DNA of 64,000 bases from contig CBDCNM010000002.1 of the NCBI GenBank assembly GCA_965219385.1, positions 716,639 to 780,638 on the forward strand, given 5' to 3'. Shown here piece after piece: positions 20,200 through 31,360 of the stretch (position 1 is the stretch's first letter; each line of letters starts with the position of its first letter). Below the pieces are notes generated by a model that worked only from the letters and a program-made list of their open reading frames with translations, ran no database searches and had not been told where the DNA came from. Source of the stretch: Candidatus Latescibacterota bacterium. GTDB taxonomy: Bacteria; Latescibacterota; UBA2968; UBA8231. Made by a program: the position numbers and the translations under genes.

Positions 20200-21579
20200 C
20201 TATTCCTGCGCGGCCCAGGCCGCGTCCTTGATCACCTCCGACAAGGTGGGATGCGCGTGCACCGAGCGCGCCAGGTCTTCGGCGCTGGCGGCAAATTCCA
20301 TGGCCACGACCCCTTCGGCAATCAGGTGGGAGGCCTGGGGGCCCAGGATGTGCAGCCCCAGCAAGCGGTCGGTGCGGGCGTCGCTGAGGATTTTGACCAG
20401 CCCGTCAATGGCGTCCATGCTGTGAGCCCGGGCATTGGCCCTGAACGGGTACTTGCCAACCTTTAACTCGCGCCCCTGCTCTTTGGCCGCCTCTTCGCTC
20501 AGGCCTACCGAGGCCAGTTCCGGGTGGGTGTAGACCACATTGGGGATGGCATCGTAGTGTACGTGGCCGGCCACCCCGGCCATCCGCTCCACTACCGCCA
20601 CCCCCTCTTCCTCGGCCTTGTGCGCCAGCATCGGACCAGGCACCACATCGCCGATGGCGTAGATGCCCGGCAAACTGGTCTGGAAATCACCGTCCACCTT
20701 CACGTGCCCGCGCTCGTCCAGCTCCAGTCCCAGCTCCTCGCTGCCCAGACCCTCGGTGTAGGGCCGGCGCCCCACCGCCACCAGGACGCAATCGCACGAC
20801 TCGACCTGCTCCTGGTTTCCCGCGACGATCCGCAGCTGGACCTTGCCCCCTTCGATCTGGGCGGACCGGGCGCTGGCCCCCAATTCAAAACCGAGTCCCT
20901 GCCGCTTCAGCAAACGCTGTAGCTGCCCGGTCATCTCCTGGTCCATGCCAGGCAGGATGTGGTCCATGAACTCCACCACCAGCACCTGGGTCCCCAGCCG
21001 GCTCCACACCGATCCCATCTCCAGACCAATGGCACCGGCCCCGATGACCACCATGCGTTCCGGCACCGCGGACAACGCCAGCGCCTCGGTGGAACTCAGG
21101 ATGTAGCGGCCATCGAAGGGCAGACCCTTCAATTCGACCGGGGCACTGCCGGTGGCAAGGAGGATGCGCGCGGCCTTTAAGGTCCGGGTGGCGTCCCGGC
21201 CTTTCACTTCCACCGAGCCCGGAGCCGTGATGCGCGCGGCGCCGGTCACGTGCTCGACCTGGTGCATCCGGAAGAGGCTGCCGATGCCCTGGACCATGGT
21301 CTCGACGATCTTGTCCTTGCGCCCCATCATGACCCCCAGGTCGAGAGCGACCTTTCCGACCTGGATGCCGTGGTTTTCCAGGTCTCCCCCGGCCCGGTGG
21401 TAAAGCGCGCTCGATTCCAGCAGGGCCTTGCTGGGGATGCAACCCACGTTCAGGCAGGTGCCGCCCAGCTCGCTCTTGTCCACGCAGGCCACCCGCATCC
21501 CCAGTTGAGCCGCCCGGGCAGCGGCTTTGTATCCCCCCGGTCCGGCGCCGATGACAACCAGATCGAATGAATCGCCCAT
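20200..21579 (-). CDS. lpdA: Dihydrolipoamide dehydrogenase
   Basis: GAGPGG, GGTCLNVGCIPSK, LAHKAEEEG, HAHPTLSE. Confidence 0.96.
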   Translation of the reverse strand: MGDSFDLVVIGAGPGGYKAAARAAQLGMRVACVDKSELGGTCLNVGCIPSKALLESSALYHRAGGDLENHGIQVGKVALDLGVMMGRKDKIVETMVQGIGSLFRMHQVEHVTGAARITAPGSVEVKGRDATRTLKAARILLATGSAPVELKGLPFDGRYILSSTEALALSAVPERMVVIGAGAIGLEMGSVWSRLGTQVLVVEFMDHILPGMDQEMTGQLQRLLKRQGLGFELGASARSAQIEGGKVQLRIVAGNQEQVESCDCVLVAVGRRPYTEGLGSEELGLELDERGHVKVDGDFQTSLPGIYAIGDVVPGPMLAHKAEEEGVAVVERMAGVAGHVHYDAIPNVVYTHPELASVGLSEEAAKEQGRELKVGKYPFRANARAHSMDAIDGLVKILSDARTDRLLGLHILGPQASHLIAEGVVAMEFAASAEDLARSVHAHPTLSEVIKDAAWAAQE

Positions 21580-21597
21580 AGAAACTTCCTCCCCCAA

Positions 21598-22779
21598 TCA
21601 GATCTCCAGCATCAGCCGGGTTGGATCCTCGAGCACATCCTTGATCCGCACCAGGAAGGAGACCGACTGCTCGCCGTCCACCAGCCGGTGGTCGTAGGAC
21701 AGGGCCACGTACATCATCGGGCGGATCTCCACCTGGCCGTTCACCGCCACGGGCCGCTCCTTGATGGCGTGCATCCCCAGGATGCCGCTCTGCGGCGGAT
21801 TGAGGATCGGCGTGGACAGCAAAGAGCCGAAAACTCCGCCGTTGGTGATGGTAAAGGTGCCGCCGCTCAATTCGTCCAGCCCCAGCTTGTTGTCGCGCGC
21901 GGCTCTGGCCAGGCGTTTGATCTCGGACTCGAGCTGGGCCAGGCTCATATCTTGCGCGTTGCGCAATACCGGCACCACCAGGCCGCGTTCGGCGCTTACC
22001 GCAATGCCCAGGTTGACGTAATCGTGGTAGACAATGTCGGTGCCCTCGATGCTGGCGTTGACCGCCTCAAAAGCCCGCAGGGCCAGGGCTGTGGCCCGGG
22101 AGAAAAAGGACATCAAACCCAGCGATACCCCGTGGACCTCGGCGAAGCGCTCCTTGTGGCGGGCCCGCATCTCCATCACCCCGCTCAGATCGATCTCGTT
22201 GAAGGTGGTGAGCATGGCCGCGTTGTGCTGGGCGGCCACCAGGCGCTCGGCAATCCGCTGGCGGATCTTGGTCATGGGGACTCGCCGAATGCCCTCCCCG
22301 TCGGCCGCGGGGACCACCTTTGGCGCCGGCAGCGGTGGAGGTGCCTTCTCCAGATGGCCCAGTACGTCCTCCTTGATCAGACGACCTTCCCGACCCGTGC
22401 TCGGAATGGCGGCCGGATCCAGCTGGTGCTCTTCGACCAGGCGGCGCACCGCCGGGCTCAGGTCCTCGGCGGCAACTTCCGGGGCCGGCGCCTCGGCTTC
22501 TTCAGCTTCCTCCCGAGGGGCCGGCGCGGCCTCTTCCCTGGCTCCGTCCTCATTGATCTGCGCGATGCTGTCGCCGACCGCGAGGGTCTCGTCCACTTCT
22601 TTGAAGAGGTGGAGGATACCCGCGGCCGGCGCCGGCAAATCCACGTTGGCCTTGTCGGTTTCGAGCACGCAGATGGGCTCGTCGCACTCCACGTAGTCGC
22701 CGTCGGCTTTGAGCCACTCGAGTAAGACCACCTCGCTGACGGACTCGCCCATCTCTGGAATTTCAACCTTGATAGCCAT
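21598..22779 (-). CDS. sucB: 2-oxoglutarate dehydrogenase E2 (succinyltransferase)
   Basis: Lipoyl [46 protein letters not shown]. Confidence 0.96.
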   Translation of the reverse strand: MAIKVEIPEMGESVSEVVLLEWLKADGDYVECDEPICVLETDKANVDLPAPAAGILHLFKEVDETLAVGDSIAQINEDGAREEAAPAPREEAEEAEAPAPEVAAEDLSPAVRRLVEEHQLDPAAIPSTGREGRLIKEDVLGHLEKAPPPLPAPKVVPAADGEGIRRVPMTKIRQRIAERLVAAQHNAAMLTTFNEIDLSGVMEMRARHKERFAEVHGVSLGLMSFFSRATALALRAFEAVNASIEGTDIVYHDYVNLGIAVSAERGLVVPVLRNAQDMSLAQLESEIKRLARAARDNKLGLDELSGGTFTITNGGVFGSLLSTPILNPPQSGILGMHAIKERPVAVNGQVEIRPMMYVALSYDHRLVDGEQSVSFLVRIKDVLEDPTRLMLEI

Positions 22780-22784
22780 CTACT

Positions 22785-25652
22785 CTACTCTCCGCTACCG
22801 ACCTGTTGCTCGCCGGAATTTTGCGTTTTACTTTCTTTCTTGATATCCAGTACCAGCCTGGCGCCCCGCACGTCCAGGGCCTGCTCCACGATCTCCTGTT
22901 GCTCTTCCTGGTGGGTCTGGCTCACGCCTACGGCTGGACTGGCCGCTTCATCGCGTCCGCTATAGGCCAGCTCGACATCGTCCTGGAGGATCTCGTCCAG
23001 CAGGGGCTGCACAAAGTACCACCCTCCCATATTGCGCGCCTCTTCCTGCACCCAGCACACCTCCGCGACCTGAGTATAGCGCCCGAGGACGGGGCGCAGT
23101 TTATCTTCCGGAAACGGGTAGAGCTGCTCCAGGCGCACCAGGGCCACCTCCTTCAAGCCCCGTTCCTGGCGGCCGGCGGCCAGTTCGTAGTACACCTTCC
23201 CGGTGCACAGCACCACGCGGCGGACCTGCTCGGGATCCTCGACGGACGCATCGTCTATGACGTCGTGAAATCCCCCTTCGGTAAAGTCGCCGATCGCGGA
23301 TGCGCAGAGTTTGTGGCGCAGCAGGCTCTTGGGGGTCATCAGGATCAGCGGCTTGCGGAAGGTGCGCAGCATCTGCCGTCTGAGCACGTGGAAGATCTGC
23401 GCTGGTGTGGTCGGGCAACAGACCTGTATGTTGTTCTTGGCGCACAATTGCAGGAAACGCTCGAGGCGGGCGCTGGAGTGTTCCGGCCCCATGCCTTCGT
23501 AGCCGTGGGGCAGGAGCAGGACGATCCCGCTCATGCGATGCCACTTGGCTTCGGCGCTGCTGATGTACTGGTCCAGGATCAGTTGGGCGCCGTTGACAAA
23601 ATCGCCGAACTGGGCTTCCCACAGGATCAGGCGGCGCGGATCGGCCGAACTGATGCCGTATTCGAATCCCAGGACCGCCAGTTCCGACAGCATGGTATTG
23701 AACACCTCGAACTGACCCTGGAGATCGGCCAGATGGGCCAGGGGGGTATGGGTCCGTCCGTTTTTCACATCGTGCCACACTGCGTGGCGGTGGGCAAAGG
23801 TGCCGCGCTGGCTGTCCTGGCCGGCCAGGCGCACCGGAATCCTTTCGAGCAGCAGACTGCCGAAAGCCAGCATCTCGCCGCAGCCCCAGTCCACCGGCCG
23901 TTTGCCTTCGACCATTTCAAGGCGTGCGGCCATGATGCGCTGCACCGTGCGGTGGATTGAAAACCCGGCGGGCACCTCGGCGGCTTTCCGGGCTATCTTT
24001 TGCAGGATCCTGGAGTCGACGCCGGTTTCCATATCCCAGTCTTCACCCGCCCAGGTCAAGCCCTGCCAGACCCCGCCGAAGGTGTTGGGGCGCGGTTTGA
24101 CCCGCAGCCGGTGGGCCTTGTCCTGGCACCTTTCCAGGGTGGCGCGCACCTCGCTGCGCATCTCGTCCGCCTCCTCCTGGGAGGCCTTGCCCTGCATTGT
24201 CAGCTCCCGGGTGTAAAGCTCGCAGACCGTGGGGTGTTTGGCGATCTCCTGGTACATCAGCGGCTGGGTGAGGGTGGGATCGTCGGCTTCGTTGTGCCCG
24301 TGGCGGCGATAACACCACAGATCGATCAGTACATCGCGCTTGAATTCCTGGCGGAATGCAATGGCCAGGCGCGCGGCGTGCACCACGGCTTCGGGGTCGT
24401 CGGCATTGACGTGAAACACCGGCGCCTGAATCTGCCGGGCCACATCCGTGGGGTAGGTGGTAAAGCGGGTCTCTTCAGGCGTTGCCGTATACCCCAGTTG
24501 ATTGTTGATGATGAGGTGAATAGTGCCGCCGTTTTTGTAGCCTTCAAGCTGGGATAAATTGAGGGTCTCGGCCACGATGCCCTGGCCGGTAAAGGCGGCT
24601 TCGCCGTGGACCTGCACCGGCACCACGCGGCTCCGTTCGGTGTCGTGGAGGTGGTCCTGCTTGGCCTGGGTCATGCCTTCGATGACCGGATTCACCAGCT
24701 CGAGATGGCTGGGGTTGGGGCTGAGCGAGAGGTGGATCTTGTGGCCTTTTTTGGTGACGTGATCGTAGGAGTACCCCTGGTGGTACTTTACATCGCCCTC
24801 GTCTTCGGCCCCCTCGCTCTGCGCGGCCCCCTCGAACTCGCCGAGGATGATCTCGTAGGGCTTGTGGAGGAGATGGGCCAGGACGTTGAGGCGGCCCCGG
24901 TGGGCCATGCCGATGACCATCTCGTCGACTCCCAGCACGCCCCCTGCCTCGACCAAGGTATCCAGCAGCGGCAGCAGGGCTTCACCCCCTTCTATGGAAA
25001 AGCGCTTCTGGCCGATGTAGCGGGTGTGGAGAAACCGCTCGAACTCCTCTGTCTCTATCAATTGCCACAGGATCCTCCGGCTTTGCTCCCGGGTAAACTC
25101 GGACCGGTTGTAGGTTGGTTCGATCTTCTCCTCCAGCCAGGTGCGCTGGTCCCTATCGGAAATGGCCATGAAGTCGACCCCCAGGGTGCGGCAGTAGGTG
25201 GCGCGCAGTTGGTCGAGCAGATCGACCAGGGAGCCGTCGGCCTTGCCGTGGAAGCCACCGAAACCGACCCCCTTTTCCAGGTCCTCTTCCGACAGAGCGA
25301 ACTCGGAGAGTTCCAGCAGCGGATGGCTCGCGCGGTTGTGGCCCAGCGGATCCAGCCTGGCGATGAAGTGGCCCTCCTGGCGGTAGGCCTGGACCAGGGC
25401 ATGGACCCCTTTGTCGGTGCGCTCGCGGGTGCGCCGCTCGCGGGGTCTGGGGGGTTCCGGCTGGGCAGGGGGACCGGAGGTTGTGGAGGGCGCTGCACCC
25501 TCGGACTCCCGATCGGCTTTGCAGTAGCCGAACTCGAATCCTTTGAAAAAGGCGACCCACTCTGCATCGAGCGAGCCGGGATCCTTCTGGTAGCACTCGT
25601 AGAGGTGCTCGACGTACTCCGCGTTGGCGCTGGACGGATTAAATGGCTGCAT
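22785..25652 (-). CDS. sucA: 2-oxoglutarate dehydrogenase E1
   Basis: KRFSIEG, GMAHRGRLNVL, GDVKYH, NPSHLE, WEAQFGDF, LPHGYEGMGPEHSSAR. Confidence 0.96.
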   Translation of the reverse strand: MQPFNPSSANAEYVEHLYECYQKDPGSLDAEWVAFFKGFEFGYCKADRESEGAAPSTTSGPPAQPEPPRPRERRTRERTDKGVHALVQAYRQEGHFIARLDPLGHNRASHPLLELSEFALSEEDLEKGVGFGGFHGKADGSLVDLLDQLRATYCRTLGVDFMAISDRDQRTWLEEKIEPTYNRSEFTREQSRRILWQLIETEEFERFLHTRYIGQKRFSIEGGEALLPLLDTLVEAGGVLGVDEMVIGMAHRGRLNVLAHLLHKPYEIILGEFEGAAQSEGAEDEGDVKYHQGYSYDHVTKKGHKIHLSLSPNPSHLELVNPVIEGMTQAKQDHLHDTERSRVVPVQVHGEAAFTGQGIVAETLNLSQLEGYKNGGTIHLIINNQLGYTATPEETRFTTYPTDVARQIQAPVFHVNADDPEAVVHAARLAIAFRQEFKRDVLIDLWCYRRHGHNEADDPTLTQPLMYQEIAKHPTVCELYTRELTMQGKASQEEADEMRSEVRATLERCQDKAHRLRVKPRPNTFGGVWQGLTWAGEDWDMETGVDSRILQKIARKAAEVPAGFSIHRTVQRIMAARLEMVEGKRPVDWGCGEMLAFGSLLLERIPVRLAGQDSQRGTFAHRHAVWHDVKNGRTHTPLAHLADLQGQFEVFNTMLSELAVLGFEYGISSADPRRLILWEAQFGDFVNGAQLILDQYISSAEAKWHRMSGIVLLLPHGYEGMGPEHSSARLERFLQLCAKNNIQVCCPTTPAQIFHVLRRQMLRTFRKPLILMTPKSLLRHKLCASAIGDFTEGGFHDVIDDASVEDPEQVRRVVLCTGKVYYELAAGRQERGLKEVALVRLEQLYPFPEDKLRPVLGRYTQVAEVCWVQEEARNMGGWYFVQPLLDEILQDDVELAYSGRDEAASPAVGVSQTHQEEQQEIVEQALDVRGARLVLDIKKESKTQNSGEQQVGSGE

Positions 25653-25682
25653 GGCAGGACCTGTTTTCTGCGTCAAAGTATC

Positions 25683-25718
25683 AATTATTGCTTGCACATA
25701 AATTATTGCTTGCACATA
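25683..25718. repeat. Tandem duplication, 2 x 18 bp (AATTATTGCTTGCACATA), in the sucA/purL divergent promoter region
   Basis: Copies at 25683-25700 and 25701-25718. Confidence 0.92.
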
Positions 25719-25909
25719 AGATACAAATCAACGACCATCAGGCAAAGAAATTCATCTCCGAACCCCACCCGCGCACCATTTTCTGGACTGATTCTCAGCA
25801 TTGATATTTTTAATCGTGGAATACTTGAGTACAAAAATACCATCGCCTAAATTCTCCGGACTTGAAGAGTCCATCCGACAACCTCCCTGCACGCCGGGAC
25901 CCCTTGCCC

Positions 25910-28900
25910 ATGCTGCTCAAATTCAAAGGTCCTTCCGCCCTCTCCGAATTGCGCCGCGTCCCTCTGCTCGAAGCCTGCCGGACCGCAATACCCCAACTCG
26001 AGGATATCGCGGCAACCTACCTCTACATGGTCCGGCTGCGCGGCGCCCTGGATTCCGGCGCCCTCGAACGGCTGGAAAAGATCCTCGCCACCTGCGAGCA
26101 GGCCGGCCCGCGGCAGGAGGCCGAAGTGTTGATTTGCCCGCGCCCTGGTACCATCTCTCCCTGGTCCAGCAAGGCCACGGACATCCTGCACAACTGCGGC
26201 CTGGAGGCCGTGGAGCGCATCGAACGCGGCCTGGTGTACCGCTTTACTGCCGCGGGTAGCCTGGATGCGGAAGGCCTGCGACCCGTCCTGCCCCTGCTCT
26301 ACGACCGCATGACCGAAGCCGTGGTCGCGGACGTCGAAGTCCTGTTTCACAAGGTGGAGCCCCGCCCCCTCGCGCGCATCCCCCTCCGCCAGCGCGGACG
26401 TCCTGCCCTGGAAAAGGCCAACGCGGAGATGGGGCTGGCCCTCTCCCCGCAGGAAATGGACTATTTCCTGCGCGCCTTCGAGGCAATGCAGCGCGACCCG
26501 ACCGATGTCGAGCTGATGATGTTTGCGGTGGTCAACTCCGAGCACTGCCGCCACAAGATCTTCAATGCCTCCTGGATCATCGACGGCCAGGCGCGAAAAT
26601 TCTCTCTCTTCGACATGATTCGCCACACCCACGCCCGGCACCCCGAGGGCTGCGTCGTGGCTTACTCCGACAATGCCGGCATCATCCAGGGCTTTGAAAC
26701 GCCCCTCTTCCGGCCCCTGGAAAAAGAGGCGTATCGCTACTGCTACCAGGAAAAACAGGCCCACATCCTCATCAAGGTCGAAACCCACAACCACCCCACC
26801 GCCATCTCGCCCTATCCGGGCGCTTCCACCGGGGTGGGCGGCGAGATCCGCGACGAGGGGGCCGCCGGCACCGGAGGCCAGTCCCAGGCCGGTCTGTGCG
26901 CCTTTTTCACCTCCCATCTGCGGATTCCCGACTGGGCCCAGCCCTGGGAGCAGCCCCACGCCGAATTTCCCTCCCGGCTGGCCACGCCCCTGGAGATCAT
27001 GACCGAGGGACCCATCGGCGGCGCCGCCTTTGGCAACGAGTTCGGCCGTCCCAATATCGCGGGAGTCTTCCGCACCTACGAAGATGAAGTCAACGGCCGC
27101 TACCGCGGCTACCACAAGCCCATCATGGTGGCCGGTGGCGTGGGCCTGATAGACGGGGACCAAGTGGACAAGAAAACGCCGGTAAAAGGCGACTACGTGA
27201 TCCAGATAGGCGGTCCGGCCATGCTGATCGGCCTGGGAGGTGGGGCCGCTTCCAGCATGGACACCGGCAGCAACCTGGAGGATCTGGACTTTGCCTCGGT
27301 GCAGCGCGACAACCCCGAAATGCAGCGCCGCTGCCAGGAGCTGATCAGCCGCTGTATCGCCCTGGGCGCGGACAACCCCATCCTCAGCATTCACGACGTG
27401 GGCGCCGGCGGGCTCTCCAACGCCCTGCCCGAACTGGTCGAGGAAACCGGGGCCCGCTTCGACCTGCGAGCCATCGAAAACGACGATCCGGGCATGAGCC
27501 CCATGCAGATCTGGAGCAACGAATCCCAGGAGCGCTACGTCCTGGTCATCGCGCGGGACGACCTGGAGGTCTTTGCGGCCCTGGCCGCGCGCGAACGCTG
27601 CCTCTTTGCCGTGGTCGGCGAGATCACCGGGGACGGCAGGCTGAGCCTGGACGATACCCTCTTCGACGACCCGCCGATCGACCAGCTGGACCTGGAAGTC
27701 ATCCTCGGCAAACCGCCCCGGATGGTGCGCCAGGTCGAGCACCTCGAAGAGAGCCATTCCGGACTCGACCTGGCGGGGATTGCGCTCGACGATGCGGTGG
27801 AACGCGTCCTGCGCTTTCCGGCGGTGGCCAGCAAGACCTTCCTGATCACCATCGCCGACCGCACGGTCACGGGCCAGATCGCCCGCGACCAGATGGTCGG
27901 CCCCTACCAGGTGCCGCTGGCCGACGTGGCCCTGACCACCCACTCCTTCAAGGGCTACACCGGTTCGGCCCTGGCCATGGGCGAGCGCACCCCCGTGGCT
28001 CTGATCGACGCGCCGGCTTCCGGCCGGCTGGCCATTGCCGAGGCCATCACCAATATCGCCGCGGCCCGGATCGGCCCCATCGGCCGCATCAAGCTTTCGG
28101 GCAACTGGATGTGCGCCTGCGGCGAGGAGGGCGAAGACGCGCGGCTCTTCGACGCCGTGGAGGCGGTGGGTCTGGAGTTTTGCCCGGCCCTGGGGGTAGC
28201 CATCCCCGTGGGCAAGGATAGCCTGTCCATGCGCGCCGTCTGGGAGGACGGCCAGGGTCAGAGCCACGAGATCGTGGCCCCGCTCAGCCTGGTCATCTCC
28301 GCCTTTGCGCCGGTGGAGGATGTCCGTTGCAGCGCTACCCCGGAGCTGAAGAAAAAATCCGCTACCCGCCTCCTGCTGCTGGATCTGGGAGGGGGACAAA
28401 ATCGCCTGGGCGGCTCGGTCCTGGCCCAGGTCTACAACCAGCTGGGCGACCAGTGCCCGGACGTGGCGCCGCAGGATCTGCGGCTGTTCTACGACGCGGT
28501 CCAGGAATTGCTGGCCCAGGACCTCATCCTGGCCTACCACGACCGCTCCGACGGGGGCCTCTTCACCACCGTAGCGGAAATGGCCTTTGGAGGCCGCACG
28601 GGGGTGGAGGTAGACATCACCGCCCTGGGACCCGATCCCCTGACCGCGCTCTTCGCCGAGGAGATCGGCGCCGCGATCCAGTACAGCACCGAACGCGAAA
28701 AAGACGTCCAGCGGATCCTGGAGCGCCACGGCCTCCAGGATCGGGCCCACGACCTGGGAGGCCCCACGGACACAGGCCGGATTGCCATCCTTCACAGCGG
28801 AGAACCCCTCTTCAGCCAGTCCACCACCGCGCTGCAGCAGACCTGGTCCGCACTGACCTTGCAGATGCAGAGCCGACGCGACAACCCCGAGTGCGCCCGG

Positions 28901-29773
28901 GAGGAGTACCAGGCCATCGCCGATGCCCGGGATCCGGGCATGAACTTCGCGCTCACCTATGCGCTCGAGCCGGCCCGCCTGGCCACGGCGCGTCCCCGGG
29001 TCGCCATCCTGCGCGAGCAGGGCATCAACGGCCAGGTGGAAATGGCCGCGGCTTTCGACGCGGCCGGCTTCGACGCCGTAGACGTGACCATGACCGACCT
29101 GCTGGAGGACCGGACCCACCTCCGGGCATTCCACGGGCTGGTGGCCTGCGGGGGGTTCAGCTACGGCGATGTCCTGGGCGCCGGGGCCGGCTGGGCCCGC
29201 TCCATTCTCTTCAATCCGCGTCTGCGCGAGATGTTCGCGGGCTTCTTTGCGCGGTCCGATACCTTCGGCCTGGGGGTATGCAACGGCTGCCAGATGTTTT
29301 CCCACCTCGCCGAGCTGATCCCGGGCGCCGAAGTGTGGCCGCGGTTCCTGCGCAACCGCTCCGAACAATTCGAGGCCCGCTACGCGACCGTGGAGATCCT
29401 GGAGAGTCGCTCGATCCTGCTGTCCGACATGGCCGGTTCGCGTCTGGGGATCGCCTGCGCCCACGGCGAGGGGCGCGCCTTCTTCGCCGATTCGAGGGCC
29501 GAGGCAAGGGCGCTGGACAACCGGCAAATCTGTCTGCGCTACGTGGACAATTATGGTCGGGCAACCGAGCGTTATCCCTTCAATCCGAACGGCTCGCCCC
29601 AGGGCATCACGTCTCTGACCACCGCCGATGGTCGGGTCACCATCATGATGCCTCATCCGGAGCGGGTTTTTCGCATGGTTCAGCTTTCCTACAGACCGGA
29701 GGACTGGAGCGGGGAAGGGGGGCCCTGGCTCAGGCTTTTCCAGAATGCGCATGCTTTTGCGACGCAGAGTTAA
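25910..29773 (+). CDS. purL: Phosphoribosylformylglycinamidine synthase, large single-chain type
   Basis: NSEHCRHKIFNA, KVETHNHPT, GGEIRDEG, PVGKDSLSM, GGFSYGD, GVCNGCQ, MPHPER. Confidence 0.97.
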   Translation: MLLKFKGPSALSELRRVPLLEACRTAIPQLEDIAATYLYMVRLRGALDSGALERLEKILATCEQAGPRQEAEVLICPRPGTISPWSSKATDILHNCGLEAVERIERGLVYRFTAAGSLDAEGLRPVLPLLYDRMTEAVVADVEVLFHKVEPRPLARIPLRQRGRPALEKANAEMGLALSPQEMDYFLRAFEAMQRDPTDVELMMFAVVNSEHCRHKIFNASWIIDGQARKFSLFDMIRHTHARHPEGCVVAYSDNAGIIQGFETPLFRPLEKEAYRYCYQEKQAHILIKVETHNHPTAISPYPGASTGVGGEIRDEGAAGTGGQSQAGLCAFFTSHLRIPDWAQPWEQPHAEFPSRLATPLEIMTEGPIGGAAFGNEFGRPNIAGVFRTYEDEVNGRYRGYHKPIMVAGGVGLIDGDQVDKKTPVKGDYVIQIGGPAMLIGLGGGAASSMDTGSNLEDLDFASVQRDNPEMQRRCQELISRCIALGADNPILSIHDVGAGGLSNALPELVEETGARFDLRAIENDDPGMSPMQIWSNESQERYVLVIARDDLEVFAALAARERCLFAVVGEITGDGRLSLDDTLFDDPPIDQLDLEVILGKPPRMVRQVEHLEESHSGLDLAGIALDDAVERVLRFPAVASKTFLITIADRTVTGQIARDQMVGPYQVPLADVALTTHSFKGYTGSALAMGERTPVALIDAPASGRLAIAEAITNIAAARIGPIGRIKLSGNWMCACGEEGEDARLFDAVEAVGLEFCPALGVAIPVGKDSLSMRAVWEDGQGQSHEIVAPLSLVISAFAPVEDVRCSATPELKKKSATRLLLLDLGGGQNRLGGSVLAQVYNQLGDQCPDVAPQDLRLFYDAVQELLAQDLILAYHDRSDGGLFTTVAEMAFGGRTGVEVDITALGPDPLTALFAEEIGAAIQYSTEREKDVQRILERHGLQDRAHDLGGPTDTGRIAILHSGEPLFSQSTTALQQTWSALTLQMQSRRDNPECAREEYQAIADARDPGMNFALTYALEPARLATARPRVAILREQGINGQVEMAAAFDAAGFDAVDVTMTDLLEDRTHLRAFHGLVACGGFSYGDVLGAGAGWARSILFNPRLREMFAGFFARSDTFGLGVCNGCQMFSHLAELIPGAEVWPRFLRNRSEQFEARYATVEILESRSILLSDMAGSRLGIACAHGEGRAFFADSRAEARALDNRQICLRYVDNYGRATERYPFNPNGSPQGITSLTTADGRVTIMMPHPERVFRMVQLSYRPEDWSGEGGPWLRLFQNAHAFATQS

Positions 29774-30656
29774 TTTCTGGCGGTTCTTTCTTTTCGTCCT
29801 GGTGCTTTTAGCCGGAGTGGGTTATGCCCTGCTGGCGAGGTTGTCCAGGCCTGTTGAGCCACATCCTTTTTTTACCTCCGATGAGATCCTGGTTATGGCG
29901 CATCGGGGAGGAGCCGGTCTGGGGCCGGAGCACACCATTCCCATCTTCAAACTCGCGCTGGCGCTGGGTGTGAATGTGCTGGAGATGGACGTCCGGCAGA
30001 CCAGGGACGGGGTCCTGGTCTGCCTGCACGACCCCACGGTGGACAGGACCACCAACGGCAACGGGCGGGTGAGCGATCTGCGCCTGGCCGAGCTCAAACA
30101 GCTGGATGCCGGGTACCGCTGGACGGCGCCAGGCGATACCACCTACCCGTTCCGCGGACAAGGTTTCACCGTACCGACCCTGAAAGAGGTCTTCGAGACC
30201 TTTCCAGAGCAACGCATGGTCATCGAAATCAAACAGCAAAGTCCGCCCCTGGCCCCGGCCCTGTGCAACACCCTGCGCGATTTCGACAAAACAGACCAGG
30301 TGCTGGTGGCCTCGTTTCGCGCCGACGCCATGGAGGAATTTCGCACGGCCTGCCCGCAGGTAGCCACAGCGGCCTCGGCCCCGGAGGTGCTGTGGTTCTA
30401 TACTTTGCAAAAACTCTATCTGGGAGCGGCCTACCAGCCCTCGGCCCAGGCCCTGCAGGTGCCGGAATATTGGGGGCCCTTGCGCCTGGTAGACCCGCGC
30501 TTTGTCCAGGAGGCCGGGAACCACAACATGGCCGTCCACGTCTGGACTGTGGACGAAACCGCCGATATGCGCCGCCTGTTGGAGTGGGGAGTGAATGGCC
30601 TCATCACCAACCACCCCGAGCGTTTGTTGTATCTTCTGTACGCCGACAAAAGATGA
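29745..30656 (+). CDS. Glycerophosphodiester phosphodiesterase family protein
   Basis: AHRGG, PEHT, EMDV, HD..DRTT, IEIK, WTVD, GLITN. N-terminal TM or signal segment. Confidence 0.9.
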   Translation: MRMLLRRRVNFWRFFLFVLVLLAGVGYALLARLSRPVEPHPFFTSDEILVMAHRGGAGLGPEHTIPIFKLALALGVNVLEMDVRQTRDGVLVCLHDPTVDRTTNGNGRVSDLRLAELKQLDAGYRWTAPGDTTYPFRGQGFTVPTLKEVFETFPEQRMVIEIKQQSPPLAPALCNTLRDFDKTDQVLVASFRADAMEEFRTACPQVATAASAPEVLWFYTLQKLYLGAAYQPSAQALQVPEYWGPLRLVDPRFVQEAGNHNMAVHVWTVDETADMRRLLEWGVNGLITNHPERLLYLLYADKR

Positions 30657-31360
30657 ATATGAGCAATCCCATTCTATCCGTGCACAACCTGACCAAAACC
30701 TACCAGAGCGGAGGCCACCCCCTCACCGTCCTGCACGACGTATCCTTCGCGGTCGAGAGCGGCACCACCTGCGCCGTGGTCGGGGCTTCGGGGAGCGGCA
30801 AGACCACCCTCCTGGGCTTGTGCGCCGGCCTCGATGAACCCACCTCCGGCACAGTCGTGCTCAACGGCATCGGCATGAACTACCTGAACGAGGACCAGAG
30901 AGCCCGGTTCCGCAACGAACAAGTCGGTTTCGTCTTTCAAAACTTCCAACTCATTCCCACCCTGAGCGCCCTGGAAAACGTCATGGTGCCCCTGGAGTTG
31001 CGCCTGGCCCGCCAGGTGCAACTCCAGGCCGGCGAGTGGTTGGAACGCGTGGGCCTGGGCGACCGGCTGCACCACTACCCGGTCCAGCTCTCGGGCGGCG
31101 AGCAACAGCGGGTCGCCCTGGCCCGGGCCTTTGTCAACCATCCCCGGATCCTCTTTGCCGACGAACCCACCGGCAACCTCGACGCCGAAACCAGTCGGAC
31201 CGTCGAGGATCTGCTCTTCGAGTTGAACCGGGAGGCCGGCACCACCCTGGTCCTGGTCTCTCACGACCTCGAACTGGCCGGCCGCACCCAGCGCACCATC
31301 CGTCTCCAAGGCGGAGAAATCACCGCGGACACGGCCGTGGAGACCAGCGAGCGGCCATGA
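30653..31360 (+). CDS. ABC transporter ATP-binding protein (YbbA/LolD-like)
   Basis: [31 protein letters not shown]. Confidence 0.92.
   Translation: MNMSNPILSVHNLTKTYQSGGHPLTVLHDVSFAVESGTTCAVVGASGSGKTTLLGLCAGLDEPTSGTVVLNGIGMNYLNEDQRARFRNEQVGFVFQNFQLIPTLSALENVMVPLELRLARQVQLQAGEWLERVGLGDRLHHYPVQLSGGEQQRVALARAFVNHPRILFADEPTGNLDAETSRTVEDLLFELNREAGTTLVLVSHDLELAGRTQRTIRLQGGEITADTAVETSERP

Noticed and set aside
25847..29752. 1301-aa antisense ORF, and similar long antisense ORFs (e.g. 4585-6945, 50807-53773)
   Set aside because: They mirror well-supported genes in high-GC DNA and carry no recognisable motifs.
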